A stretch of DNA of 64,000 nt from positions 72,307 to 136,306 of the forward strand of contig PLNR01000009.1 in the NCBI GenBank assembly GCA_003141835.1. The letters run 5' to 3'. The notes beneath the pieces were generated by a model. That model was not told the DNA's origin. It did no database searches and saw only the letters and a list, made by a program, of their open reading frames with translations. Position 1 is the first letter of the stretch. Each line of letters starts with the position of its first letter. The position numbers and the translations under genes were made by a program. Positions 46,115-56,091 of this stretch are shown here, one piece after another. Origin of the DNA: Candidatus Omnitrophota bacterium (GTDB taxonomy: Bacteria; Omnitrophota; Gorgyraeia; Pluralincolimonadales; Pluralincolimonadaceae).

Positions 46115-47182
46115 CTATTTCCTGAATAACCTGTCAAGATCGTCCGGATCAGTGCTGCGAAGTATCGCGTCCTCGTAACTTATCAATTTCTTGTTGTAGA
46201 GCTCGAATAGGGTCTGGTTCATCGTCCTCATGCCCTCTTTCTGGCTCGTCTGTATCACCGAATATAATTGGTGCGTCTTCGCCTCGCGCACCAGGCTCCT
46301 AACCGCCGGGGTAGCGATCAATACCTCGGTCGCCAGTACCCTGCCGTGGCCGCTGGCCTTGGGTATGAGCTGCTGGGCGAGGATCCCCAGGAGCACAAAT
46401 GAAAGCTGTATCCTGACCTGCTGCTGCTGGTGGGAAGGAAATACGTCTATGACCCTGTTTATCGTCTGGACCGCGTCAGAGGTATGGAGCGTCGAAAGTA
46501 CGAGATGGCCCGTCTCTGCGATATCCAGGGCGGCCTCGATCGTCTCGAGGTCGCGCATTTCACCGATGAGTATGACATTCGGGTCCTGCCTTAATACATG
46601 TTTCAAGGATTGCGCGAATGACTGCGTATCCGACCCGACCTCGCGCTGGTCGACCAGCGCTTTCTTGTTCTTGTGGACATACTCGATCGGGTCCTCCACG
46701 ATCACTATGTGGCAATTCTTCTCCGAGTTTATCTTGTCAACCATCGAGGCGAGCGTCGTGGACTTGCCGCTTCCGGTGGCTCCCGTGACAAGGACCAGCC
46801 CTTTGGGCCTTTTGCACAGGTCCTCTACGACATTGAGCGGGAGGCCGCACTCCTCGAAACTCATTATGTGGAGCGGAAGCAGCCTTACCGCCGCGCTGAC
46901 ATAACCTCTCTGGAGGAAGACATTGACCCTGAAACGCCCGAGCCCTTCTATGCCGAACGAGACATCAAGCTCAAGTTCCCGCTCGAACTTCTCTATATGC
47001 TGGGGCTTGAGCATGCTGTAAGCCAGCCTCTTGGTGTCCTCGGCCGCGAGGGTGCCGAATTCGGTCGGCACTAATTGCTCGTCTATCCTAAGCAGGGGCG
47101 GGGCAAATACGGAAATATGCAGGTCGGACGCCCCTTTCTGGACCATCAGTTTAAGCAGTGTCTCTATCTGGACATTCACCAT
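46115..47182 (-). CDS. pilT: Pilus retraction ATPase PilT
   Basis: GASDLHI, GATGSGKSTT, LRQDPNVILIGEMRD, AETGHLV, AVRSLVRE (AIRNLIRE-like). Confidence 0.94.
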   Translation of the reverse strand: MVNVQIETLLKLMVQKGASDLHISVFAPPLLRIDEQLVPTEFGTLAAEDTKRLAYSMLKPQHIEKFERELELDVSFGIEGLGRFRVNVFLQRGYVSAAVRLLPLHIMSFEECGLPLNVVEDLCKRPKGLVLVTGATGSGKSTTLASMVDKINSEKNCHIVIVEDPIEYVHKNKKALVDQREVGSDTQSFAQSLKHVLRQDPNVILIGEMRDLETIEAALDIAETGHLVLSTLHTSDAVQTINRVIDVFPSHQQQQVRIQLSFVLLGILAQQLIPKASGHGRVLATEVLIATPAVRSLVREAKTHQLYSVIQTSQKEGMRTMNQTLFELYNKKLISYEDAILRSTDPDDLDRLFRK

Positions 47183-47198
47183 GGGACCTCCTTAAGGA

Positions 47199-48647
47199 TT
47201 AAGAGACTATCGTATTCTTTCCCTTTGCTTTCGCTTCGTTCAGGGCTGAATTCGCTTTTTTTATCAGGTCTTCGGCGGCCACGCCGTCTATCGGGTTCTC
47301 GCTCACGCCGCCGCTTACGGTCACGAAGTTGCGCGGATAACCTTTGCCGCCGGTGATGCCGAAAGCCTCTACGCGCTGCTTGAGGACTTCAGCCGCCGTA
47401 TTCCCCTGTTTCTTGTTCTTCTCCGGCAGTATCACGGCGAACGTATCTCCGCTCAATCTGCCGACCCTGTCAACCTCGGTAATGTTGGATTCTATTATCT
47501 TGCCGATCTTTTTTATGGTATCTTCGGCCGCCAACTCCCCGTTTATGTCCCTGTATAAATTGAGGTCGTCGATATTAAAAAGCAAAAACGAGCACGGCCG
47601 CTGGTACAGCACGGCGCGCTTAATCTCTTCCTCGAGACGGGACATGATGAATTTCTCGTTATAGAGGCCGGTGAGTTCGTCCTTGATGGCCAGTTCCTTT
47701 GCCTTGGCCGTCAATAATTCGTTCTCAACGGCTATGGCCGTCTGTTTCGCGAAAAGTTTTATAAGTTCAGCGTCCTCTTCCTTGAACTCATAATCCGGCG
47801 CCGTATTGCATAACCCTATTACCCCGAAGCCGCGCCCGTGCGCGACAATGGGAGAAAGGAGGCAATTCGTTACGCTGAAGACCTTCCGGAATTCCTCGAT
47901 GTCCGGCGTAATGCGCGACCGCCTGTCTATGGTGGCCATCTTGTTATCGGCGACGAGTTTTCCGAGGAGCCCCGTGCCTATCTTGATCCGGAACGAATTC
48001 AGGCTGCCGCTCAGGTTCTCGCTCTCTTTCATCACGAGGGTATTCTTCTCCTCGGTAAGCATCACGAACGCGGACGAATCTTCCTCGACTTGGCTGATCT
48101 TGCCGATGGTTATCTTAAGTATCTCCTCGAGCGAAGCTCCCTGCGAGATGAGATTGCTGACCTGAAGGAGGCTCGACATGATAAGGACCTTCTTGTTGAT
48201 CTCTACGTTTATCTCTTTGGTCCTCTCGCCGTAGGAACGCAGTTCGTCCATGTTCTCGCGTATACGGCGGGTGAGCACGTTAAGGGTGGTGCCGAGCTCT
48301 CCCACCTCGTCCTCGGTCTTGACATCTATGCTCCTCGAGAAATCGCCGTTAGCGATGCCCTTGGCCCTGGCAGCCATATCGATTATCGGCGAGGCGATGT
48401 CCCAGATGATCTTGAAGCCGAGCACGGCGATGAGCATGGTTATACCTATGATCAGCGAGACGTTTTTCGTCGTGAAATCCAAGTCGATATTCGGCTGGAG
48501 GAACGGGAAATAAATGAAATTGTAAGCGAGATAGACACAGATGGCAAGCGGTATGAAGGACATCAACACGAAAACAACGGTTAGCTTATAACGGAGACCG
48601 GCGGGTATAAGCGACAGTTTCTTGATTATTCCTGCCATCTTTATCAT
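47199..48647 (-). CDS. Membrane HAMP-GAF-GGDEF protein with degenerate motif
   Basis: 2 TM, DEVGEL (HAMP), GAF, DELTGLYN, RLSGDTF in place of GGDEF. Confidence 0.85.
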   Translation of the reverse strand: MIKMAGIIKKLSLIPAGLRYKLTVVFVLMSFIPLAICVYLAYNFIYFPFLQPNIDLDFTTKNVSLIIGITMLIAVLGFKIIWDIASPIIDMAARAKGIANGDFSRSIDVKTEDEVGELGTTLNVLTRRIRENMDELRSYGERTKEINVEINKKVLIMSSLLQVSNLISQGASLEEILKITIGKISQVEEDSSAFVMLTEEKNTLVMKESENLSGSLNSFRIKIGTGLLGKLVADNKMATIDRRSRITPDIEEFRKVFSVTNCLLSPIVAHGRGFGVIGLCNTAPDYEFKEEDAELIKLFAKQTAIAVENELLTAKAKELAIKDELTGLYNEKFIMSRLEEEIKRAVLYQRPCSFLLFNIDDLNLYRDINGELAAEDTIKKIGKIIESNITEVDRVGRLSGDTFAVILPEKNKKQGNTAAEVLKQRVEAFGITGGKGYPRNFVTVSGGVSENPIDGVAAEDLIKKANSALNEAKAKGKNTIVS

Positions 48648-48671
48648 CTCCCTTCGTAATTTATTATAAAA

Positions 48672-48700
48672 AGTATACCTGTTCCTAAATTAGGTGTCAA
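48672..48700 (-). promoter_or_regulatory. Putative promoter for GGDEF-pilT-pilB-pilC operon
   Basis: TTGACA-17 bp-TATACT. Confidence 0.75.
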
Positions 48701-48706
48701 ACATAA

Positions 48707-50341
48707 TTATCGCAACGCGATAAATCCCCAGGGCAGCCTTTCGTCTAACCCACGCTCTCTCAATGAATAACGATCCGGGTCTATGCCTGCTTCGCGGAAA
48801 GCCGGCAGCCACTTTTCGAGGTCGAAATTTTCCTTCCAGCTGTCGAACCGGCACCCGTTTTTCCAGGCAAGATAAAGCGCCTTTGAGAGTTCCCTGTCCC
48901 CGCGCGCGAAGACCGCCTCCAGGTAGCTCATCTTCGGGTCATGGAAAACAAATTTTACCCTTGTCCGCCTCGCCTTCTCCCTTATATACCTCTGCCTCCT
49001 GTATACCTCATCGGCCGGAAGCATCGCCTCGCGTTCAAACCTCGTATGCGGCTTCGGGATAAAGACCGATACCGCGGCATTTATGTCGGCGGGCCTGCCG
49101 TCGACCTTCTTTTTTGTCTCGGAGACCTCCCTGGCCAGGTCGACGATGGCATCGAGGTCGCTGTCATCCTCTCCGGGCAGGCCGATCATGAAATATAGCT
49201 TTATCCTGCGCCAATTGTTCTTGAAAGCCTGGTACGCGCATTCTTTTAGCGCCTCCGGCGGTATATTTTTATTGATCGCCTTTCGCAACTTATCGCTGCC
49301 GACCTCCGGAGCGAAGGTAAGACCCGTATGCCTGCCCGAGGTGAGCTCGAGCGGGAACCGGCTCGTCATCTCCTCGACCCTGAGCGACGGGAAAGAGATG
49401 CTTACCGCCCTCTCCTTGAAGGCCCCTGTCAGCGATGTCACTATCTCCATTATCTGCGGGTGGTCGCCCGAGGATAATGAGACGAGCGATATCTCGTCAT
49501 AGCCCGTATTTTTATATATCTTCTCAGCCAGCGAGAGTATCTTCGACGGCGAACGGAAACGGTTGGGCCCGTATATCGCGCACGCCTGGCAGAAATTGCA
49601 CGCCCTCCTGCAGCCGCGCATTATCTCTATCTGTATCCTGTCATGGACGACGTTTATGAAAGGCACTACCGGCTTTTCCGGGAACGGCGCGGCCTCGAGG
49701 TCGGCGATGAACCTTTTATTTACCTTCTTCGAAATGGAGGGTACATACACGCCTTCGAGCGCGGCAAGTTTTTCCAACAACGCGCGCCGGCCCGAGCCGT
49801 CTTTCTTGTTCTCTATCACCGCGTCGACGACTTCCAGTATCGCCTCCTCGGCCTCGCCGATGATGAAACAATCGAAGAAATCCGCGACCGGTTCGGGATT
49901 GAAAGCGCACGGCCCGCCGCCCACTATGAGAGGACTGGAGCCGTCGCGGTCTTTCGAAAAGAGCGGTATGCCGGAAAGGTCGAGCATGTTAAGGATATTC
50001 GTATAACTCAACTCATACTGGAGGGAAAATCCAACTATGTCGAACTTGCCGAGCGGCCGGCGCGTCTCAAGGGAAAAAAGCGGTATCTTATTCTCCCTCA
50101 TGGCCTTTTCCATATCGTGCCACGGCGCGAACGAGCGTTCGCATGCGACATCGCCCCTGTCATTGAGGATGGAATAGAGGATCTTCAACCCGAGATGGCT
50201 CATCCCGACTTCGTAGAGGTCGGGGAAACATAAGGCGACCCTGCAGCCTATCCCCTTATCCCCTTTTACGACGCTGTTCCATTCGCCGCCCGTGTACCGG
50301 GCGGGTTTTTCCACGCCGAGGAGTATCTCGTCGGTCAGCAT
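48707..50341 (-). CDS. B12-binding radical SAM protein (TIGR03960-like)
   Basis: VEKPARYTGGE, FPDLYEVGMSHLG, CRRACNFC, KLYFMIGLP, FDSW. Confidence 0.9.
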   Translation of the reverse strand: MLTDEILLGVEKPARYTGGEWNSVVKGDKGIGCRVALCFPDLYEVGMSHLGLKILYSILNDRGDVACERSFAPWHDMEKAMRENKIPLFSLETRRPLGKFDIVGFSLQYELSYTNILNMLDLSGIPLFSKDRDGSSPLIVGGGPCAFNPEPVADFFDCFIIGEAEEAILEVVDAVIENKKDGSGRRALLEKLAALEGVYVPSISKKVNKRFIADLEAAPFPEKPVVPFINVVHDRIQIEIMRGCRRACNFCQACAIYGPNRFRSPSKILSLAEKIYKNTGYDEISLVSLSSGDHPQIMEIVTSLTGAFKERAVSISFPSLRVEEMTSRFPLELTSGRHTGLTFAPEVGSDKLRKAINKNIPPEALKECAYQAFKNNWRRIKLYFMIGLPGEDDSDLDAIVDLAREVSETKKKVDGRPADINAAVSVFIPKPHTRFEREAMLPADEVYRRQRYIREKARRTRVKFVFHDPKMSYLEAVFARGDRELSKALYLAWKNGCRFDSWKENFDLEKWLPAFREAGIDPDRYSLRERGLDERLPWGFIALR

Positions 50342-51447
50342 CAGAAGACTTTGCGTTTATTTTTTATGTTCTCGAGGATGCCTACGCAGGCGAGGGACAT
50401 TATAAGGAAGGAACCGCCGTATGAGACGAAAGGAAGCGGCAGGCCGACTACAGGCATTATGCCGCAGACCATGCCGATATTCACTATCACATGCACGGTG
50501 AACATCGTGGTTATCCCGTAGGCAAGGGTCTTGCCGTATGTGTCGCTTGTCGTCTCGGCGATCCTTATCCCCTTATCCACGAAACTGTAAAAAAGGAACA
50601 AGAGCAAGGCGCCGCCTATGAACCCCCACTCCTCGCCCACCACCGAGAAGATGAAATCCGTGTGGCGCTCAGGCAGGAAGTTCAGCTGGTTCTGCGTCCC
50701 GGCGAGCCATCCCTTGCCTAATATCCCTCCCGATCCTATCGCTATCTTGGATTGTATGATCGTATATCCCGCGCCGAGCGGGTCCAGGTTGGGGTTGAGG
50801 AAGACTAAAAGCCGCGCCCTCTGGTAATCCTTCAGGATGAACCACAAAAACGGCACGCACGCCAGCCCTGCGCCGATCATGAAAAGAAGGTATTTCGGCC
50901 GCGCCCCGGCGATCAGCAGCATGGTAAAGAGGATCGGCACGAAGATCAATGCCGTCCCGAGGTCCGGTTCCTTGAATATGAGGAGCATCGGGACCACGGC
51001 CATGGCGAAAGGAATGATCAGGGCCTTCATCTCTCCTATGCCTTCCTTTATGTCGCCGAGATATTTTGCCAGCGCGAATATAAAAGTGACCTTCGCGAAT
51101 TCAGACGGCTGGAACGCGAACGAGCCGAACTCTATCCACCTCCTCGCCCCGTAACGGACATCCCCGATGCCGGGGACGAGGACAAGGACCAGGAACAGGA
51201 CGTTCAGGCCGAAGATGTAATAACTGAAATCTATTATCCTCTGGTAGCCTATCCTGAATATCACCACGGCGACAACAAGGCCGATCGCCGCGGAATTGAC
51301 CTGCCTCATCGCGAGGTTCGCGTTCGAGGAGACGAGTTTCTGGTACGAGGCGCTGTAGACGACGAAGAGCCCCATGAGCAGGATTATCGCCGTTATGAGC
51401 ACGAGCCCGTAATCGAATTCGCCTTTTAACTTATACCCGTTCTTCAT
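50341..51447 (-). CDS. rodA: Rod shape-determining SEDS protein RodA
   Basis: GARRWI, QPSEFAK, EPDLGT, QSKIAIGSGG, PERHTDFIF, PFVSYGGS. Confidence 0.95.
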   Translation of the reverse strand: MKNGYKLKGEFDYGLVLITAIILLMGLFVVYSASYQKLVSSNANLAMRQVNSAAIGLVVAVVIFRIGYQRIIDFSYYIFGLNVLFLVLVLVPGIGDVRYGARRWIEFGSFAFQPSEFAKVTFIFALAKYLGDIKEGIGEMKALIIPFAMAVVPMLLIFKEPDLGTALIFVPILFTMLLIAGARPKYLLFMIGAGLACVPFLWFILKDYQRARLLVFLNPNLDPLGAGYTIIQSKIAIGSGGILGKGWLAGTQNQLNFLPERHTDFIFSVVGEEWGFIGGALLLFLFYSFVDKGIRIAETTSDTYGKTLAYGITTMFTVHVIVNIGMVCGIMPVVGLPLPFVSYGGSFLIMSLACVGILENIKNKRKVF

Positions 51448-53168
51448 TTGAATATTTCCGTGTTATCCTTGGCGAAATCCAGCACCTTCTTCGCTATGTC
51501 CGCGGCAGTCACGCCGCCGTGGCCGCCGTGTTCGACCATGACCACAAAAGCTATCTTCGGGTCTTCAGCCGGCGCGAAACCCAAGAACCACGCGTGCGGA
51601 TCGCCGTTAGGCGTCTGCGCGGTGCCGGTCTTCGCAGCAACCTTTATCCCCTCTATCCTGGCCCTCTGCCCGGTACCGGTATCCGAGGCGACGACGTTCA
51701 CCATCGCGGACTTTATCGTCTGCATCGCTGCCTTTGAGACCGGTATCGTCCTCGGTTTAGGCACCTGCACATAGTCATTGCCGACCTTCTTTAAAATATG
51801 CGGCCTCGGCGCGCTGCCCTCGGTCGCAAGCGCCGAAACGACCTCGACCATCTGCAGCGGCGTCACAAGGAGATCGCCCTGGCCTATGGCGTAATTGATC
51901 GTCTCGCCCTCATACCAGGCCTGCCCTCTCCTCGCTTTTTTCCAGGCGGGATTCGGCACGAGGCCGGCGCTTTCGCCGGCGATATCAATGCCTGTGGGCC
52001 TCCCCAAGCCGAACTTCTGGGCATATTCAGAGATCGTATCCGGCCCCAGCTTGTGCCCGAGATTGTAAAAATAAACGTTGCATGAATGCGTTATCGCATC
52101 GCGAAGGTCCTGCGGCCCGTGGCCTCCTTCTTTCCAGCAGTCGAACTCGGCCCTTCCGAGGTAGAATTTCCCGGTGCAGACGAAAGTCGTATGCTCGGTA
52201 ATTGTCTTCGTCTCGAGGCCTGCGTCCGACATTATTATTTTAAAAATTGAGCCGGGCGGGTACTGGCCGTTCACCGCGCGGTTGAGCATCGGGTGCGAGC
52301 CGGACTTCATGTAATCAAGCACCTGTTCGCCCTTGCCCCGCTCTACGAATATATTCGAGTCGAATGACGGAGATGAAACCAAGGCTAATATCTCCCCATT
52401 GCGCGGGTCCATGATGACAAGCGAACCCTTGACCCCTTCGAGGCAATCGGCCGCGTAGGCCTGCAATTTCGCATCGACGGTCAGGGTGATATCCTCGCCC
52501 TTCTTCTGGTTCTTGCTCCCGAGGATCTTGACCAGCCTGCCTGAGGCATCCACTTCCAGCTGCGTGCCGCCGTCCTCGCCCTTGAGGTATTTGTCGTATG
52601 CCCTCTCGATGCCGGAACGGCCGACCAGGTCATCTCCCGAATACCCGTAATCCCTGAGCCTCTCAAGCTCTTCCTTGTTTATGAGGCTTAGGTAACCGAT
52701 GAGGTGCGATGTTCTTTCGCCGTAGATATACCACCGCAGCGTCCTCGGGAGGACCAGGACCCCGGGCAGCTCCTGTTTCTTCTCCTCCAGGCGGAAGGCG
52801 AGATCCTTATCTACGTCGCCTGCTATGGTTATCGGCGCGAACGGCGCGGTATAATCTTTTTTCACTATCGATTCGATGCGGGACCTCGAAATGCCGAGGG
52901 CCTGGGAGAGGCGGCCGTATGTCGTATCGACATTCTCGACCTCCTGCGGGATTATGACGACATCAAAAGAGAGGCGGTTGTCGACTATCGCGAGGCCGTT
53001 CCTGTCGTAGATAGTGCCGCGAAGGCCGGGCAGCGGTATGAGCCTTATGTGGTTCTTCTTGGACAGGTCGTGATAGAGCGGCCATCTCAATATCTGCAGA
53101 TAGACGAGCCCCGCCAGTATGACCAGGAACAATATATCGACTATGACCGAATATATCCTACCGCGCAT
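51444..53168 (-). CDS. mrdA: Penicillin-binding protein 2
   Basis: RGTIYDRNG, PGSIFK (SxxK), SCN, KTGTAQ. Confidence 0.95.
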   Translation of the reverse strand: MRGRIYSVIVDILFLVILAGLVYLQILRWPLYHDLSKKNHIRLIPLPGLRGTIYDRNGLAIVDNRLSFDVVIIPQEVENVDTTYGRLSQALGISRSRIESIVKKDYTAPFAPITIAGDVDKDLAFRLEEKKQELPGVLVLPRTLRWYIYGERTSHLIGYLSLINKEELERLRDYGYSGDDLVGRSGIERAYDKYLKGEDGGTQLEVDASGRLVKILGSKNQKKGEDITLTVDAKLQAYAADCLEGVKGSLVIMDPRNGEILALVSSPSFDSNIFVERGKGEQVLDYMKSGSHPMLNRAVNGQYPPGSIFKIIMSDAGLETKTITEHTTFVCTGKFYLGRAEFDCWKEGGHGPQDLRDAITHSCNVYFYNLGHKLGPDTISEYAQKFGLGRPTGIDIAGESAGLVPNPAWKKARRGQAWYEGETINYAIGQGDLLVTPLQMVEVVSALATEGSAPRPHILKKVGNDYVQVPKPRTIPVSKAAMQTIKSAMVNVVASDTGTGQRARIEGIKVAAKTGTAQTPNGDPHAWFLGFAPAEDPKIAFVVMVEHGGHGGVTAADIAKKVLDFAKDNTEIFK

Positions 53169-53177
53169 ATTTATATT

Positions 53178-53708
53178 TTATTGAGGGCGCCTGCCCTCAA
53201 ACACCTTTTTCTTGAAGACTATCTCTTTATAGTCCGTTTCTACGGACGGCATGAAAAATTCGAGGACCTTGAAGACAAGAGGCGCCAATAACGAAGTATA
53301 TACCGCCGCGGGTATGGCGAGGAAGAAGACCGCCCTGTAATAAGGAAATCCGGACGAGCAGATGAACAGGTCGTAGATGAGCATCGAAGACGCGGCCGCG
53401 GCGGCAGCCATTATCATCTGCGCCGACGCCAAATGCCTGTAAAGCGCTTCTTTATATAAGCCCGCGATATAACCGATCGCCCCGTAAAGTATGAGTATCA
53501 AAGGATGCGCGCCTGAGAAGGCCATCTCCAGGAGCCCGCCGAAGAAGCCGCAGGCCGCGCCCTTCTCTTTATTGGAATTAAGCGAGAAAAAGAGGACGCC
53601 TATGAGGACGAGTTCCGGGCTTACGCCGAGAAGTTTTATGTAATTACAGCTTCCCGCCTCAAGGATAGAAATTATAACCAGCGTTATGATGATCCTGGGC
53701 CAGCTCAT
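53178..53708 (-). CDS. mreD: Rod shape-determining protein MreD
   Basis: Multi-TM, PELVL, GFFGGLL; lies between mreC and mrdA. Confidence 0.8.
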   Translation of the reverse strand: MSWPRIIITLVIISILEAGSCNYIKLLGVSPELVLIGVLFFSLNSNKEKGAACGFFGGLLEMAFSGAHPLILILYGAIGYIAGLYKEALYRHLASAQMIMAAAAAASSMLIYDLFICSSGFPYYRAVFFLAIPAAVYTSLLAPLVFKVLEFFMPSVETDYKEIVFKKKVFEGRRPQ

Positions 53709-54484
53709 TCTACCGCTAATACCTCCTCGATCGCCATCGGGTTTATCGCCGGCTCTATTACCGCGAACTGGTACATCTGGTTGAATTCAAGCCTGGCATC
53801 TATCACTTTCCCGGCGAGGAACCCCTGCGGATAGACGCCGCTCGTTCCGGAGGCGACGACAGTGTCGCCGGCCTTTATGTCCGCGTCCTTGGGTATGAAC
53901 TTCATTATGCACCGGCCGTGTGTGATGCCGTACATAAGGCCGCTCGCCCTCCCCCTCTGCGAGACGACCGCGACCCTTATCTCGGGATCCGTTACCAGCG
54001 ATACGCGCGAGCTCGATAAGCCGACCGCGGTGACTTTACCGATAATGACCCCGTCGGCCAGCACGGCCATGTCTTCCTTCATGCGGTCGTTGGCGCCTTT
54101 GTTTATTACCAGGCTCTCGGACCAGTTCGTCAGGTCCAGTTTGGTGACTTTGGCGGCTACGGAGCGCCGCCCGATCTTGTCCTTCATGGAGAGTATGCCC
54201 TTGAGCCTCCTGTTCTCGGAGACGGCCTCATCAAGCGCGGCGGCCCGGGACTTCAACGCCGCGGCATCGCGCTGCAATCTTTTATTTTCATTGGCTATGC
54301 TCTTGAAATGCAGGAGCTCGAACCCGGTTTCGACGACCGCGGACGCGATCTGCGCCGGGAGATGGAGGATGGAATTCAAACCTAAGGTAGTTCTGTTTGC
54401 GAGGGATTCAAACGCGATAAGCAGGATTATAAAAAGAGATACTGCGGCGACAAGAGTTAGAGGTTTGTTCTGGAATTTTTTCAC
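53705..54484 (-). CDS. mreC: Rod shape-determining protein MreC
   Basis: ENRRLKGIL, INKG, GVIIGKV, GDTVVASG..GVYPQG. Confidence 0.9.
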   Translation of the reverse strand: MKKFQNKPLTLVAAVSLFIILLIAFESLANRTTLGLNSILHLPAQIASAVVETGFELLHFKSIANENKRLQRDAAALKSRAAALDEAVSENRRLKGILSMKDKIGRRSVAAKVTKLDLTNWSESLVINKGANDRMKEDMAVLADGVIIGKVTAVGLSSSRVSLVTDPEIRVAVVSQRGRASGLMYGITHGRCIMKFIPKDADIKAGDTVVASGTSGVYPQGFLAGKVIDARLEFNQMYQFAVIEPAINPMAIEEVLAVE

Positions 54485-54489
54485 ATCGT

Positions 54490-55566
54490 TTACTGTGATT
54501 CAGGGGACTTCGACGCGGTAGTGACCGTCACCTTCTTGAGATATTTTATTTCGCTTAAGACCATCCCTGTCCCGAGCGCGACCGCTGTGATCGGGTCCTC
54601 GGCTATGTGTACGGGAAGGCCTGTCTGTTCCGAAAGGAGTTTGTCCAGGCCCCTGAGCAACCCGCCGCCGCCTGCCAATACCATCCCGCGCTCTATGAGG
54701 TCCGCGGAAAGCTCCGGCGGTGTGCGCTCGAGGGTTATCCTGACCGCCTCGACTATGGCAGCTATTGGCTCCGCAAGAGCTTCTCTTACTTCCTCGGAAG
54801 AGATCGTGACCGTCTTCGGGAGGCCGGCAACCAGGTCGCGGCCGCGGACTTCCATCGTCATCTCCTCATCAAGCGGATAAGCCGAGCCTATCTTTATCTT
54901 TACCTCCTCGGCGGTGCGTTCGCCGATCATAAGATTATAAGTCTTTTTCAGGTGCTGTATTATCGCGTCGTCCATCTCGTCGCCGCCTATGCGGATAGAT
55001 TTCGAGTAGACTATATCGGAGAGTGAGACTACGGCCATCTCTGTCGTGCCGCCGCCGATATCGATAATCATGTTGCCGGCGGGTTCCTGTATCGGCAGCC
55101 CGACGCCTATCGCGGCCGCTATCGGCTCCTCGACGAGGTATACCTCGCGGGCGCCTGCCCTCTCGGCCGAATCCTTGACCGCGCGCTTCTCGACCTCGGT
55201 AATGCCCGAGGGGATGGCGATTACCATGCGCGGCCTGACCAAAACTCTCCTGTTGTGGACCTTATTAATAAAATACCGAAGCATAGCTTCGGTGATCTCA
55301 AAATCAGCAATAACTCCGTCTTTCATCGGCCTTATGGCCACTATCGAACCGGGGGTGCGGCCTAACATCCGCTTCGCCTCTTCGCCGACCGCCAGGACAT
55401 GGTTAGTCCCTTTCTGAATGGCGACGACCGAAGGTTCGCAAAGCACTATCCCTTGGCCTTTTACGTAAACAAGCGTGCTCGCCGTGCCAAGGTCGATGCC
55501 CATGTCGTTTGAGAACATGCCGGAGATATTGTTAAATCCCCTCTTTAAGACATCGAAAATGTTCAC
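54490..55566 (-). CDS. mreB: Actin-like MreB
   Basis: [35 protein letters not shown]. Confidence 0.98.
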   Translation of the reverse strand: MNIFDVLKRGFNNISGMFSNDMGIDLGTASTLVYVKGQGIVLCEPSVVAIQKGTNHVLAVGEEAKRMLGRTPGSIVAIRPMKDGVIADFEITEAMLRYFINKVHNRRVLVRPRMVIAIPSGITEVEKRAVKDSAERAGAREVYLVEEPIAAAIGVGLPIQEPAGNMIIDIGGGTTEMAVVSLSDIVYSKSIRIGGDEMDDAIIQHLKKTYNLMIGERTAEEVKIKIGSAYPLDEEMTMEVRGRDLVAGLPKTVTISSEEVREALAEPIAAIVEAVRITLERTPPELSADLIERGMVLAGGGGLLRGLDKLLSEQTGLPVHIAEDPITAVALGTGMVLSEIKYLKKVTVTTASKSPESQ

Positions 55567-55632
55567 CCTATACCTCTTTCTTTTTTATGGGAAAATGGGG
55601 TTCATTTTGACCCACCCTCCCAGTATCATAAG

Positions 55633-55661
55633 AGGATACCAAACCACCCTCAAATTGTCAA
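55633..55661 (-). promoter_or_regulatory. Putative mreB promoter
   Basis: TTGACA-17 bp-TATCCT. Confidence 0.6.
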
Positions 55662-55671
55662 TACATAAAGC

Positions 55672-55867
55672 GCCGGCCGCAAATTCACAGCGGTCTAAAA
55701 CTCGGGTTCTTTTCCCCTCATCGCCCGCTTGCGGGCCCCTGCGAGGCCCGCGCCGCTTGAAATCCTCTCGCTCTGCCTTAAGTAATAGCGGGGCAGCCGT
55801 GCCCGCTCGAGTCTTTCCAGGCGATGAGGGGCAAAAGACCCTCGTTTTCCGAGCAATGAATTCGCGG
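55672..55867 (-). repeat. About 196-bp folded repeat element, copy A' (inverted relative to A)
   Basis: Reverse complement of 19859-20056 except for a short central segment and two substitutions. Confidence 0.92.
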
Positions 55868-55869
55868 AG

Positions 55870-56087
55870 GCGGCTTGTGCTTTAAGCCTAATATATGGCC
55901 CATAGACCTTCGTGTTATTGCAGGGCTTTACTAATCCGAGCGGGCCGGTTCGCCAGGCAATCTTTTATCTGCGAGAGCGAGGAGTATAGTACAGAGTGAT
56001 CCCATCTGCTGGGATGGGAGAACGTCCCTGCAAGAACACAAGGTCGAAGGGCCAGCATATAGATGCCGGGATGAAGAGACAAGCCGC
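55870..56087 (+). repeat. About 218-bp folded element B, sharing its core with A
   Basis: gcggcttgt/acaagccgc ends; ggccc..gacct..gtgtt..ttgcaggg paired with the right arm; CGAGCGGGC (55937) and GCGAGAGCGAG (55971). Confidence 0.8.
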
Positions 56088-56091
56088 GGGA

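Noticed and set aside
55870-56087. 6S RNA call for element B
   Set aside because: Size and long stem fit loosely, but it has a multibranch centre sharing a core with repeat A and no evident promoter; cannot be supported without an Rfam search.
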